The position numbers and the translations under genes are program-made. The notes under the pieces are model-generated. The model worked only from the letters and a program-made list of their open reading frames with translations, did no database searches and was not told where the DNA came from. A DNA stretch of 64,000 nt from Candidatus Caldarchaeum sp. (GTDB taxonomy: Archaea > Thermoproteota > Nitrososphaeria_A > Caldarchaeales > Caldarchaeaceae), in assembly GCA_038885755.1 (NCBI GenBank), contig JAVZZH010000001.1, positions 32,001 to 96,000 of the forward strand, given 5' to 3'. Positions within the stretch are counted from its first letter, which is position 1. Every line of letters starts with the position of its first letter. This document shows positions 17,826 to 26,723 of this stretch, piece by piece.

Positions 17826-18620
17826 GTGAACACATCCTTCAACAAAGTAATCTACACTAAGAAAGACGGCGTTGCGACGATTGTTTTGAACAACCCTAAA
17901 AAGTACAACGCCTTGGAGCTGGACTTGAGACGGGAGCTGAAGACGGCTCTGGAGGACGCTGCAGCCGACTCCTCCGTACGTGTCGTTGTTTTGAGGGGAG
18001 CTGGCGGAAACTTCAGCGCCGGAGCAGACGTGAAGGCTTTCCTCGAATGGAGGCCCGAGGACGCTGTGAGGGTTGGCAACGAGCTGGGAACTTCCATGGT
18101 TCTGTCGAGGATTATAAGAAACATGCAGAAGCCTGTCGTGGCCGTTGTCGAGGGATACTGCCTCGGGGGAGGGTTCGAGCTCGCCATGGCATGCGACCTA
18201 ATCCTCGCATCCGAGGACGCTGTTTTCGGCCAGCCTGAGATAAACCTCGGGCTTATCCCCGGAGGGGGTGGGACTCAGAGGCTTACACGGCTTGTGGGCG
18301 AGAAGAAGGCCAAGGAGCTGATCATGACGGGTGAAAGGGTTTCCGCGCAGCAGCTCGAGAGGATGGGCTTGGTGTGCACCGTGGCTCCCAGGGACAAGCT
18401 CGAGGAAGCTTTGAAGAACTTGGTTGACAAACTGCTGTCCAAGCCTCCTCTCGCACTAGCTGCGGCTAAGGAGGCTGTCAACCTTTCTCTCGAGATGGAT
18501 TTGACGGCTGGGCTGCGAACCGAGCTCATGCTGTTCGCATCTCTGTTTTCCACGGAGGATTTGAAGGAAGGTGTGAAAGCTTTCTTGGAGAAGAGACGAC
18601 CTGTCTGGAGTGGACGGTAA
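17826..18620 (+). CDS. enoyl-CoA hydratase/isomerase
   Basis: FSAGAD, GGGFELAMACD, FGQPEINLGLIPGGGGTQRL. Confidence 0.95.
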   Translation: MNTSFNKVIYTKKDGVATIVLNNPKKYNALELDLRRELKTALEDAAADSSVRVVVLRGAGGNFSAGADVKAFLEWRPEDAVRVGNELGTSMVLSRIIRNMQKPVVAVVEGYCLGGGFELAMACDLILASEDAVFGQPEINLGLIPGGGGTQRLTRLVGEKKAKELIMTGERVSAQQLERMGLVCTVAPRDKLEEALKNLVDKLLSKPPLALAAAKEAVNLSLEMDLTAGLRTELMLFASLFSTEDLKEGVKAFLEKRRPVWSGR

Positions 18621-18621
18621 G

Positions 18622-20175
18622 CTACTGCGGCTCAATAGTTGCGGGAGGCTTGCTTGAAATAGCGTAAGCCACCCACGCCACATTTTCAACTTCGTTAACA
18701 ATCCTTCTCGCTATTTTGTCGAGAACTTCGTGGGGAAGACGTGCCCAGTCAGCCGTCATCCCGTCAACCGACGTAACGACCCTCACAGTCGCGATGTATC
18801 CATAACTTCTCTGGTCTCCTTTCACACCTGTCGCCTTGTCGTCTCCGACGAACGCGAAAGCCTGCCAGACATCGTCAATCAAGCCCTCTTTCTCCAACTC
18901 CTCCTCAACGATCTCCGAGGCCCTCCTGCATATCTCCAGCTTCTCACGCGTAACCTCTCCGATGACTCTGACAGCGAGCCCGGGTCCGGGGAAGGGATGC
19001 CTGCGGACGACCCATTCAGGTAGGCCGAGTATTCGAGCTAGTTTTCTCACCTCGTCCTTGTATAGCTCTCTCAAAGGCTCTACGACCTTCATGCCGAGGT
19101 TTGGGGGGAGACCGCCTACGTTGTGATGGGTTTTGATGACCGCCGAGCCGCCCACAGACCTTCCGCTCTCGACCACGTCGGGGTAAAGCGTTCCCTGAGC
19201 CAAGTGCGTGAACGGGCCATGTTTTGAGCTGACCTCTTGAAATATTGCGGCGAACTCGGCGCCAACGATTCTCCTCTTCTCCTCGGGGTCTGCAACACCC
19301 TTCAGCTTCTCCAGAAACCTATCGACAGCATCAACGTATATCACGTTGTTCTCGCCGACGGTCTTCCGCAAAATGTCTAAAACCCTCTCAGGCTCACGGT
19401 TTCGCATCAAGCCGTGGTTTACGAAGAGACATTTCAAACGGTCTCCCACGGCCTTGGAGACTATGACCGCGGCTACAGTCGAGTCGACGCCGCCGCTCAC
19501 AGCGCACAGAACCCTGCCGTCTCCCACCTCTTCAGCTACAAGCCTGACGGCTCTGTCGACATAATCCTCCATGCGCCATGTCTGCCTGCAGCCGCAGACG
19601 TCGATGACGAAGTTTCTGAGGATCTGCAGACCGTGTTCTGTGTGGGCGACCTCCGGATGAAACTGCAGCCCAAAAATCTTTCCGGAGCTGTCGCAGATGG
19701 CTGAATGGGGTGATGTATCCGTTGAGGCCACTGTTCTGAAGCCGGGCGGCAGCTTCTCAACAAAATCCGAATGACTCATCCAAACGTTGAACCTTCTGGG
19801 CAGGCCCTTGAACAGCTCGCAGTCTTCGACTATCCTAAGCTCCACTCTGCCGTACTCTCTTTTCGAGGCTTTCTTCACGAGTCCTGTGAAGTGGTGGGCG
19901 ATTAGCTGGTGGCCGTAGCAGATGCCGAGGACGGGTTTTCCGCCGATCCGCTCAAAGCTTATGCGGGGTGCGTTGAGGTCGTAGACGCTAGCCGGGCCGC
20001 CCGACAGGACAAAGCCCTTCACACTATCTGAGAAAGACCGCTCGCCCGCCGCCGCGTGGGGAACAACCTCAGTCTTCACGCCCAGCTCTCTAATTCTACG
20101 GCTTATGAGATGGGTGTACTGGCCTCCAAAGTCAACCACCACGATGACGTCGTCTGCTTGATTCACTCTAGACAA
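18622..20175 (-). CDS. guaA: GMP synthase, glutaminase and ATPPase domains fused
   Basis: DFGGQY, LGICYGHQ, QFHPE, SGGVDS, IKTHHNVGG, KPPATIE. Confidence 0.97.
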   Translation of the reverse strand: MSRVNQADDVIVVVDFGGQYTHLISRRIRELGVKTEVVPHAAAGERSFSDSVKGFVLSGGPASVYDLNAPRISFERIGGKPVLGICYGHQLIAHHFTGLVKKASKREYGRVELRIVEDCELFKGLPRRFNVWMSHSDFVEKLPPGFRTVASTDTSPHSAICDSSGKIFGLQFHPEVAHTEHGLQILRNFVIDVCGCRQTWRMEDYVDRAVRLVAEEVGDGRVLCAVSGGVDSTVAAVIVSKAVGDRLKCLFVNHGLMRNREPERVLDILRKTVGENNVIYVDAVDRFLEKLKGVADPEEKRRIVGAEFAAIFQEVSSKHGPFTHLAQGTLYPDVVESGRSVGGSAVIKTHHNVGGLPPNLGMKVVEPLRELYKDEVRKLARILGLPEWVVRRHPFPGPGLAVRVIGEVTREKLEICRRASEIVEEELEKEGLIDDVWQAFAFVGDDKATGVKGDQRSYGYIATVRVVTSVDGMTADWARLPHEVLDKIARRIVNEVENVAWVAYAISSKPPATIEPQ

Positions 20176-20273
20176 CTATTCTAATCGTGGGATAAAGGTT
20201 TAGCCGTGTCGCGGTGCGACGTGGTTCACGGTATTTTGAATAGGTTTAAATACGGGGTTGCGGTTCGCGCAAC

Positions 20274-20807
20274 ATGCAACCCTATCAAAAACTGTTATCC
20301 ACAAAAAACATATCCACAATTGCGTTATCAGCAGGCTTCTATGTTCTGATGTCCGCGTTGTCCGGGCTGACGCTCCCCGCAGCCAGAGGATATCCAGCCC
20401 ATTTCTTCAGAGGTCTTACCATGAGCGCCGTCGCCGCCTACACACGCCGTAGGTGGAGCGTAAGCCTCATGTCCGTCATATCCGGCCTCGTGCTGCTCGC
20501 GGTTGTTCCAGCGCCTGCACCGTATCTTCTCTTAGCCACGGTGGCGGCGGGCATAGTTTACGACCTTAGCCTAGGTGAGAAATACGCTGAAGCCTGTAGG
20601 AAGCCGAGGAGGATTGTTGCTGGAACGATGGTGAGCGGTTTGGCTGAAGCTGTTGTAGCAATGGGAGTCCTCACCTATGTCGGCCTTTTCCAAGCCCAGC
20701 TCCAGATTCTTGGCGTTATATGGGCGGGAGCTATTGCCGCAAACTTGGTTCTCAGCGCTTTGGGGTCGCAGGTGACGATACTTGTTTTACGCAGATACGT
20801 AAAATGA
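20274..20807 (+). CDS. multi-TM membrane protein, possibly ECF S-component-like
   Basis: About 5-6 hydrophobic segments; TATA TTTAAATA 21 nt upstream. Confidence 0.6.
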   Translation: MQPYQKLLSTKNISTIALSAGFYVLMSALSGLTLPAARGYPAHFFRGLTMSAVAAYTRRRWSVSLMSVISGLVLLAVVPAPAPYLLLATVAAGIVYDLSLGEKYAEACRKPRRIVAGTMVSGLAEAVVAMGVLTYVGLFQAQLQILGVIWAGAIAANLVLSALGSQVTILVLRRYVK

Positions 20808-21223
20808 GCGTCGAGCTGCTGGCGAAAACCGCGCTGGTTTACGGGCTTGTCGTATGGGTTGGAGGGCTGATCCATCTAACCTTCGCCGCAATACCAGAAA
20901 CTAGGATCTTGGACGACAGAATGTTGAGGTTGAGGATTATGGCAGGTATGATGAGGCGCTACAACCCAATCGCGTGGACGGCCATAGCGGCCTCAGCGAT
21001 CTCAGCGACATACTTGGCTTTTACGGAAAACATAGGTCTTCCTGAGGCAGCAGCCCTCACAACGCTTTATACAGCAGTCTCGCTTGACTTTTTCCACTCA
21101 TTCATCTATGGACCGCGTGCCTCGAAAGGGGATGCTAAAGCCCGCAGCACGGCCATGAACATAGCACGTGCAGAAGTTCCACTTGTCTTGACACTGCCGC
21201 CATTATTCACGCTGATTACGTAA
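20804..21223 (+). CDS. membrane protein, DUF4149/CopD-like
   Basis: VWVGGL..TF motif and 4 TM segments; ATGA overlap with previous gene. Confidence 0.55.
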   Translation: MSVELLAKTALVYGLVVWVGGLIHLTFAAIPETRILDDRMLRLRIMAGMMRRYNPIAWTAIAASAISATYLAFTENIGLPEAAALTTLYTAVSLDFFHSFIYGPRASKGDAKARSTAMNIARAEVPLVLTLPPLFTLIT

Positions 21224-21254
21224 AAGCAAAAATACCCAGTCTACCGGATGTGTT

Positions 21255-21809
21255 GTGATGAAGAGGAACGTGGTTGCAGGAGCTTTGCTCTTCATAGCTA
21301 TCGTGCAGTTCATGATGGCTCTTAGGATTGCGGAGTCCGTTTACCCCGGATACAGCGTATCCGGAAACTACATAAGCGATTTGGGCGTTGGTGTTGCAGC
21401 ACCGATATTCAACACCTCCATCATCATCCTCGGAATCTGCGTTGTTCTGGCGGCGTATCTCAGCGCTGAGGTCTTCAGAAGCAGGTTGTTCAGAGCCTTC
21501 ATCGCCTTGGCGGGAATCGGGGCGGCGGGTGTTGGAATATTTCCTGAAAACGTCCCGGTCCTACATTCAGTAATGTCGTTGATAACTTTCCTTTTCGGCG
21601 GTATCGCAGCTGTGTACGGCGTTAGAGTGCTTGATAGGCCTGTAGGCTTTCTGTCTGTCGTCGCAGGAATTGTTTCGCTGGCGGCCCTCGTGCTTTTCAT
21701 AACGGGCAGTTATATGGGGCTTGGGCACGGCGGGATGGAGAGGCTGATAGTATATCCTGTTCTTGCGTGGGGGGTGATGCTGGCGGGCAACATCATCTCA
21801 AGGCTTTAA
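21255..21809 (+). CDS. DUF998-family membrane protein
   Basis: YPGYS..NYISDLG, GVGIFPE, LH, GGMERL. Confidence 0.8.
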   Translation: MMKRNVVAGALLFIAIVQFMMALRIAESVYPGYSVSGNYISDLGVGVAAPIFNTSIIILGICVVLAAYLSAEVFRSRLFRAFIALAGIGAAGVGIFPENVPVLHSVMSLITFLFGGIAAVYGVRVLDRPVGFLSVVAGIVSLAALVLFITGSYMGLGHGGMERLIVYPVLAWGVMLAGNIISRL

Positions 21810-22324
21810 AAACCTCTGCCGTGCCGGGAGCGTCTCGACACCTCTCCACCGCAGACCGGGCAAACGTCTCCAACAGGGTTGTCGAAGGTTTTACCGCACA
21901 CGCTGCACGTGTAGCGCCATTCTATAAGGTCTCGGATAGGCTGCCTCGCCAGCCCAGCAACCTCCATCCCCAGCTTCAGCGCTGTGTTCTGCAGGCTGTA
22001 GTCGTCCGACAAAACAACCACTTGAGCGCCGGCGTTCTTGGCGTCGAGAGCTGCAGCCAGAAGGCTGACATCCGCCTTAGACAGCTTGGGCCTGTCCCCC
22101 GTGCTCACAGCAGCCGACACAACCCTCTCCAACGCCTGCCTCGACGGCTTGACCACCCTGACCACGTTCTTCGACAAAGCCAGAGCAAGCCTTTCAGGAG
22201 CCAGCCCGCCGTAAAGAACCTCGTCCACAACCTCCTGAACGGTGATCAGCTCAGCCGGCCCGGGCTCAAGCTGCACCGACAGGAACGCACGGGTGTCGAG
22301 GGCGTAGACTTTACGGCCTGCCAT
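21806..22324 (-). CDS. nob1: Nob1 PIN-domain endonuclease with zinc ribbon
   Basis: LDTRAF, VDEV, LSKADV, SDDYSLQN, CSVCG...CPVCG. Confidence 0.92.
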   Translation of the reverse strand: MAGRKVYALDTRAFLSVQLEPGPAELITVQEVVDEVLYGGLAPERLALALSKNVVRVVKPSRQALERVVSAAVSTGDRPKLSKADVSLLAAALDAKNAGAQVVVLSDDYSLQNTALKLGMEVAGLARQPIRDLIEWRYTCSVCGKTFDNPVGDVCPVCGGEVSRRSRHGRGF

Positions 22325-23120
22325 AAAGCCTCTTCCTGAGACGCATGCTGAACAGCCTCCTCTCGTCGAAAGATATGAACGATAGGCTTCGGGGTGATTT
22401 TCGAGCTGTGGCTCTTCCGTCGGGCAGCGGCTTGACTGTATGGCCGTCGACAAGCACCTGCGCCTCGCCCTTCACCACCGACACGGTCACCGGAGCGTCT
22501 ATCGAAAGCACCATGCTTCTCAGGTTTGTCATCGAAGCCATCGGCGACAGGACAACAGCCTCAAGCCTCTCGTCAACGATCGGCCCTCCCGTCGAAAACG
22601 CGTAAGCCGTAGAACCGACAGGAGTAGACAAGATCACTCCATCGGCCACGTCCGAAGCCAGAAGATCACGCTGAAGGATTTTATACTCTATGATCTTGCC
22701 CGGCTTCGTCGAGGAGACGTAGGCCTCGTTGAGAGCGTCGGCGACGAACTCGTCTCCTGCCTGTATGGATAGACGCATGACTCTCTCGACGTGATAGTCC
22801 TGCTCGAGTATTCTCCTGCAGGCTTCCTCCAGCTCGGCCGGCTCGACTATGTTGAGGTATCCGGCGCGTCCGTAGTTGACGCCTATGAGCTTGACGTCGG
22901 TTGACTCTACTCGTCTCGCAACCCTCAGCATCGTTCCGTCGCCTCCCAGAACCATGATTACTCCTTCGTTGAAGCGTGAGTATTCTTTGTCGAACTCAGC
23001 TAGGGACAGCGCCTCGTACTTCACGTTCCTTCCCTCGAAAATCTTACCCAGCTTCTTAGCAGCCTGAACAGCCGGAGGCCTAGTGGCGGCGTAAACCACT
23101 AAAACGCTGTCCAACAGCAC
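22311..23120 (-). CDS. ppnK: NAD kinase
   Basis: GGDGT, ALNE, DGVILSTPVGSTAY. Confidence 0.95.
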   Translation of the reverse strand: MLLDSVLVVYAATRPPAVQAAKKLGKIFEGRNVKYEALSLAEFDKEYSRFNEGVIMVLGGDGTMLRVARRVESTDVKLIGVNYGRAGYLNIVEPAELEEACRRILEQDYHVERVMRLSIQAGDEFVADALNEAYVSSTKPGKIIEYKILQRDLLASDVADGVILSTPVGSTAYAFSTGGPIVDERLEAVVLSPMASMTNLRSMVLSIDAPVTVSVVKGEAQVLVDGHTVKPLPDGRATARKSPRSLSFISFDERRLFSMRLRKRLYGRP

Positions 23121-23132
23121 CAGACCTCCGCT

Positions 23133-23771
23133 CTAAGACTCAGCATACTCGGTCCCATCCACCAACCCAGCGTTCGCGAACACAGCTCTCCTAGACAAAC
23201 ATCCGGGGCATTTCCCGCAGTGCTTGTCCAAGACGCTCCAGCAGCTCCACGTAAGTCCTAGGGGTGCGTTGAGCTCGACGCCCAGCTTAACAACCTCGGC
23301 CTTCGTCATGTCAATCAACGGCGTCAAAACCCTTACACAGCTGAACGGGGCTGAGATTTTAAAAATTTTCTCCAGCAAGTCGACAAAGACCGGGCCCACG
23401 TCCGGCATGCGCGACAAATCTTCTGAAGTGTGGCCGCCCGCCACGGCGTCGGCTTCTTCGTAGATAGCTATGTGGGCGGCTACTGAGTAGAAAATGATGT
23501 TCCTGAAGGGAATTAGGACAGTCGGCGTCTCCTGAAGTCTTTGCTTAAAGGCTTCGGGAAAATCCACAACCTCCCGCAGATAGCTCGTGTCGATTATCCT
23601 GAGCTCGCCGCATGCAGCCTGCGAAGTGATCCGCTTGACCGCCTCCAGTTCTCGTTCATTTCTCCTATAGGTGATGAAGGTCAGGGGAATTACTTGATGG
23701 CCTTCGTGGATAAGCTTCCACAGCATCACCGTTGAGTCTAACCCGCCTGAGAGCAGTGCTACGGTCTTCAT
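23133..23771 (-). CDS. queC: 7-cyano-7-deazaguanine synthase
   Basis: LLSGGLDS, PFRN, TWSC...HCGKCPGC. Confidence 0.93.
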   Translation of the reverse strand: MKTVALLSGGLDSTVMLWKLIHEGHQVIPLTFITYRRNERELEAVKRITSQAACGELRIIDTSYLREVVDFPEAFKQRLQETPTVLIPFRNIIFYSVAAHIAIYEEADAVAGGHTSEDLSRMPDVGPVFVDLLEKIFKISAPFSCVRVLTPLIDMTKAEVVKLGVELNAPLGLTWSCWSVLDKHCGKCPGCLSRRAVFANAGLVDGTEYAES

Positions 23772-24238
23772 GCTGACGACGAGGCTGACTTGCCCAATCC
23801 TTCAGTCATCCTAACCGAGACCTTCAGCACGTTCGGAGGCATCAGCTTCCTAATCTTGTCGGCGATGTGCTCCGAAATATTCTCCACCGTCGAATCTCTC
23901 TCTATGAAGTAGACAGAAGACCTTGGAAGCCTCATGTCGTAAACACCTCCGACTCCCTCGAATACCACCCGAACCCCTCCATCCCACTCCTTTACAACAT
24001 ACTTCGGCGGGACGAGCAGCTTATGGTCCATCTCGTCAATCACTTTCTTGACCGTGCGTTTCAGCATGCCAAATTCAAGAACCATCTCGTCGACGACCTC
24101 GCCCCACACCCTCACGTTTACCATCGAGGTGTGGCCGTGGAGGACGCCGCACTTCGGCGATGAAGGCAGGAAGTGTGCGTAGTCAAAGTTCAGAGAAGGC
24201 CCGCCTACCTCGATAACCTTAACCCTCTTCTCAACCAC
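23768..24238 (-). CDS. queD: 6-carboxytetrahydropterin synthase
   Basis: FDYAH, CGVLHGH, MDHK, STVENI; GTG start 24238; ATGA overlap with queC. Confidence 0.9.
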   Translation of the reverse strand: MVEKRVKVIEVGGPSLNFDYAHFLPSSPKCGVLHGHTSMVNVRVWGEVVDEMVLEFGMLKRTVKKVIDEMDHKLLVPPKYVVKEWDGGVRVVFEGVGGVYDMRLPRSSVYFIERDSTVENISEHIADKIRKLMPPNVLKVSVRMTEGLGKSASSSA

Positions 24239-25655
24239 TTTCCCCAAACCTCTTATGCAGTTCATCGCCGTATTGGTGATACTTTAGTATTATCGGGCAC
24301 CACTCCCTCTCTGGGCAGTAGCCCAAGTGTCTGCACTTCTCGCCCATCACAGCCGAAAGGCTCGGCGACTTTCTCGCTATCTCCTGCATGAGCTTGTAGG
24401 CTATGGCCCTTTCCTCCCACTGAGCATAGCTGCACGACCTAGTCGCTATGAACCCGCTGGGATGGAGTATGTTGAACCCGTTGTACAGCCTTACAGCGTA
24501 GACCTTCAAGGCTTGAGGGACGATGAGGACGGCTGTTGATGGCCTGATTCCGATGTCCAAGAGCTGTCGGTAGGACTGGAGAGCCTCGCGGACTACTTGC
24601 AGGAACCTCGACTTGGTTTTTTCGTTCCTCCGGATGGAGGGAGGTATGACGACGCCGGAGGCCGTGTTCACGACGGCTCTGCAAGCGGCGGTGTATATCG
24701 ATTCGACGGCGGTGGGTACCGTGCGGTGGCGGATGGCTTGATGGTACGCCACCAGAGACAGAGGCTCCAGCGTCGTGGCCGTGGTCATCGGGTTGACGGA
24801 GTCGAGAGATTCCTTGTCCTGCTTGGCTAGGATTTTCAGCAGGTCGTCCTCCTTGCCCATCAGGGATGTAAAGCTTATCAGGACGGGTTCTTCGGGATAG
24901 TTGTTGGCTTCTATGACTTTCTCCATGAAGATGTCTGACGGCTTGTAGGGGTTGGGGAACGGGTAGGCTGCAGTCCTGTTCCTGAACCCGAGCCTCGACT
25001 CGAGCATTATGGGCGCAACACTTCTGACGGCGGAAGTGAATTTCTCGACAAACTCTCTAACCTCGTCGGGAACGTACGCCGCCGCCGACTCGTCTCCGCA
25101 CAGCTGGATCAAGGCGACGTAGTTCTCCAAGCTGCTGCTTATGAAAAGAGAAGTCTTGGTGCAGAGCGGCAGGATGTACCTGGCGTCCTCGATCCCCACA
25201 TCCCCGTCGACAAGCGAGAGATATTCTTCAACCATCTTGTAAGCTGTCTGCATGAAAACATCCCTGGCTTCACCCGTCAATCCTGACGGCTCAACAATCA
25301 TAGACCTGTCAACCCTAGCCCTGCGCTGAGATTCTTGAAGGTAGGAGCCGAAAGGAGGGGAGACGAGCAGGATAGACAAGGCCCTGCTGCAGTTCATCAC
25401 CTCCATCTGGATATGCAGGGACGTTGTTATCGAGGCGTGTCCCCTTCTCGTCGACTCTCTGTGGATCTTTCTCGCCGTTTTCGCCAAGTCTTTTCCCTCG
25501 GCCAGAAGCTTCGAGACACGTCTTTCGACAGAGACGCCCTCGAAGGTTCCAGCACCTTCGAGCGCTATGAAGACGTCGGGCCCAACCTCGAGCTCCGATC
25601 CGGAGAAGTTTATCACCGTCCTCGGCCCGTAGCTGTAGACCTTTAGCTCAACCAT
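24231..25655 (-). CDS. thyX: tandem-domain FAD-dependent thymidylate synthase-like protein
   Basis: Domain 1: RGHASI, SYLQESQR, EDARYILP. Domain 2: HQAIRHR, AQWEER, C-x5-CPE. Start placed at ATG 25655; track gives 25691. Confidence 0.8.
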   Translation of the reverse strand: MVELKVYSYGPRTVINFSGSELEVGPDVFIALEGAGTFEGVSVERRVSKLLAEGKDLAKTARKIHRESTRRGHASITTSLHIQMEVMNCSRALSILLVSPPFGSYLQESQRRARVDRSMIVEPSGLTGEARDVFMQTAYKMVEEYLSLVDGDVGIEDARYILPLCTKTSLFISSSLENYVALIQLCGDESAAAYVPDEVREFVEKFTSAVRSVAPIMLESRLGFRNRTAAYPFPNPYKPSDIFMEKVIEANNYPEEPVLISFTSLMGKEDDLLKILAKQDKESLDSVNPMTTATTLEPLSLVAYHQAIRHRTVPTAVESIYTAACRAVVNTASGVVIPPSIRRNEKTKSRFLQVVREALQSYRQLLDIGIRPSTAVLIVPQALKVYAVRLYNGFNILHPSGFIATRSCSYAQWEERAIAYKLMQEIARKSPSLSAVMGEKCRHLGYCPEREWCPIILKYHQYGDELHKRFGESG

Positions 25656-25734
25656 TACAGACTGAGATGGTTCAACTCTCATATATAGCATGATTTTTAT
25701 ACATCTAAATCCGGCTGTTGCCGTGCTTGCTTGA

Positions 25735-26256
25735 ATGGAGCTTCAGGCCTTCCTGCAGGGGCTTGTATACGTTTTCCCCGCGTACGTGGCTAACGCAGCG
25801 CCTGTGGTCGCGGTCAGGTTCTTCGGAAGGACTCATCCAATCGACCGTGGTTTGATGTTCTTCGACGGCAGGAGAGTGCTGGGCGACGGCAAGACCGTGG
25901 AGGGGTTTGTCTCGGGGACCGGTGCGGGGATGGCTGTGGGTTATCTAATACACCTATTCGCCCCACCCCTCATCACCATGGTGGAGGTCTTCCTGCTCTC
26001 TTTCGGAGCTTTAGCCGGGGACGTTCTAGGGGCGTTCGTCAAGAGGAGGGCCGGGATACCCAGCGGAGGCGCTGCTCCTCTTCTCGACCAGCTCGGTTTT
26101 CTGGTCGCTGCTCTGGGGTTGGTGGAGCTTTTTCACGGGCTTCCCGTCTGGCTCGACGCCCCAACGCTTCTATCCCTAGCTCTGTTTACCGTCTTGATGC
26201 ACGTCGGGACCAACGCAGCGGCCTACCTACTCGGGCTTAAAGACCGATGGTACTAG
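25735..26256 (+). CDS. carS: CDP-archaeol synthase
   Basis: PAYVAN, PID, DGRRVLGDGKT, GDVLGAFVKRR, PLLDQL. Confidence 0.93.
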   Translation: MELQAFLQGLVYVFPAYVANAAPVVAVRFFGRTHPIDRGLMFFDGRRVLGDGKTVEGFVSGTGAGMAVGYLIHLFAPPLITMVEVFLLSFGALAGDVLGAFVKRRAGIPSGGAAPLLDQLGFLVAALGLVELFHGLPVWLDAPTLLSLALFTVLMHVGTNAAAYLLGLKDRWY

Positions 26257-26723
26257 AGAGCCAGCTCAGGCCTCAAGCTTCTAACGAAGCCTCTGAGCTT
26301 TTTGAAAACCCTCATCAGCGTGTAAACCTTGCCTCCTCCCCTGCCGGCTTTCAAAAACTCAGCCGTCTCCTCTAGACCTGCGTCGACGATCCCAAGCTTA
26401 TCCTTCACAAACTCCTGCAAGTCAAGATGCGCCAAGGCGTGTAGGGGTGAGGGGTCTACGCCTAAGCGGATGCAGCACGCGGTCAGAAGAGGCAGGTCTT
26501 TACGTGCTCCTCCCCAAGTTATCAAGATGTCGTAGTCGTCGAGAATTCTCATCAGGTTCTCTAGCTTATTCCTCGTAGGGTTTTTGAATACATGTCTCAC
26601 GCGTCTGTCGTCGACGAGCTCGACGTTCTCGACGCGAGTGTTTTTGAGAGGCCCTAACGCACCTTCCACGGCTAGGTATGCTATCCAAGGACCCTTGCTG
26701 GGCTTCAAGTCCCGGCCTGCCAT
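26253..26723 (-). CDS. short DnaQ/YprB-like exonuclease-fold protein, probably inactive
   Basis: LITWGG..KDLP and HLDL resemble Exo II motifs; Exo I reads LAVEG and no Exo III is visible. Confidence 0.5.
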   Translation of the reverse strand: MAGRDLKPSKGPWIAYLAVEGALGPLKNTRVENVELVDDRRVRHVFKNPTRNKLENLMRILDDYDILITWGGARKDLPLLTACCIRLGVDPSPLHALAHLDLQEFVKDKLGIVDAGLEETAEFLKAGRGGGKVYTLMRVFKKLRGFVRSLRPELAL

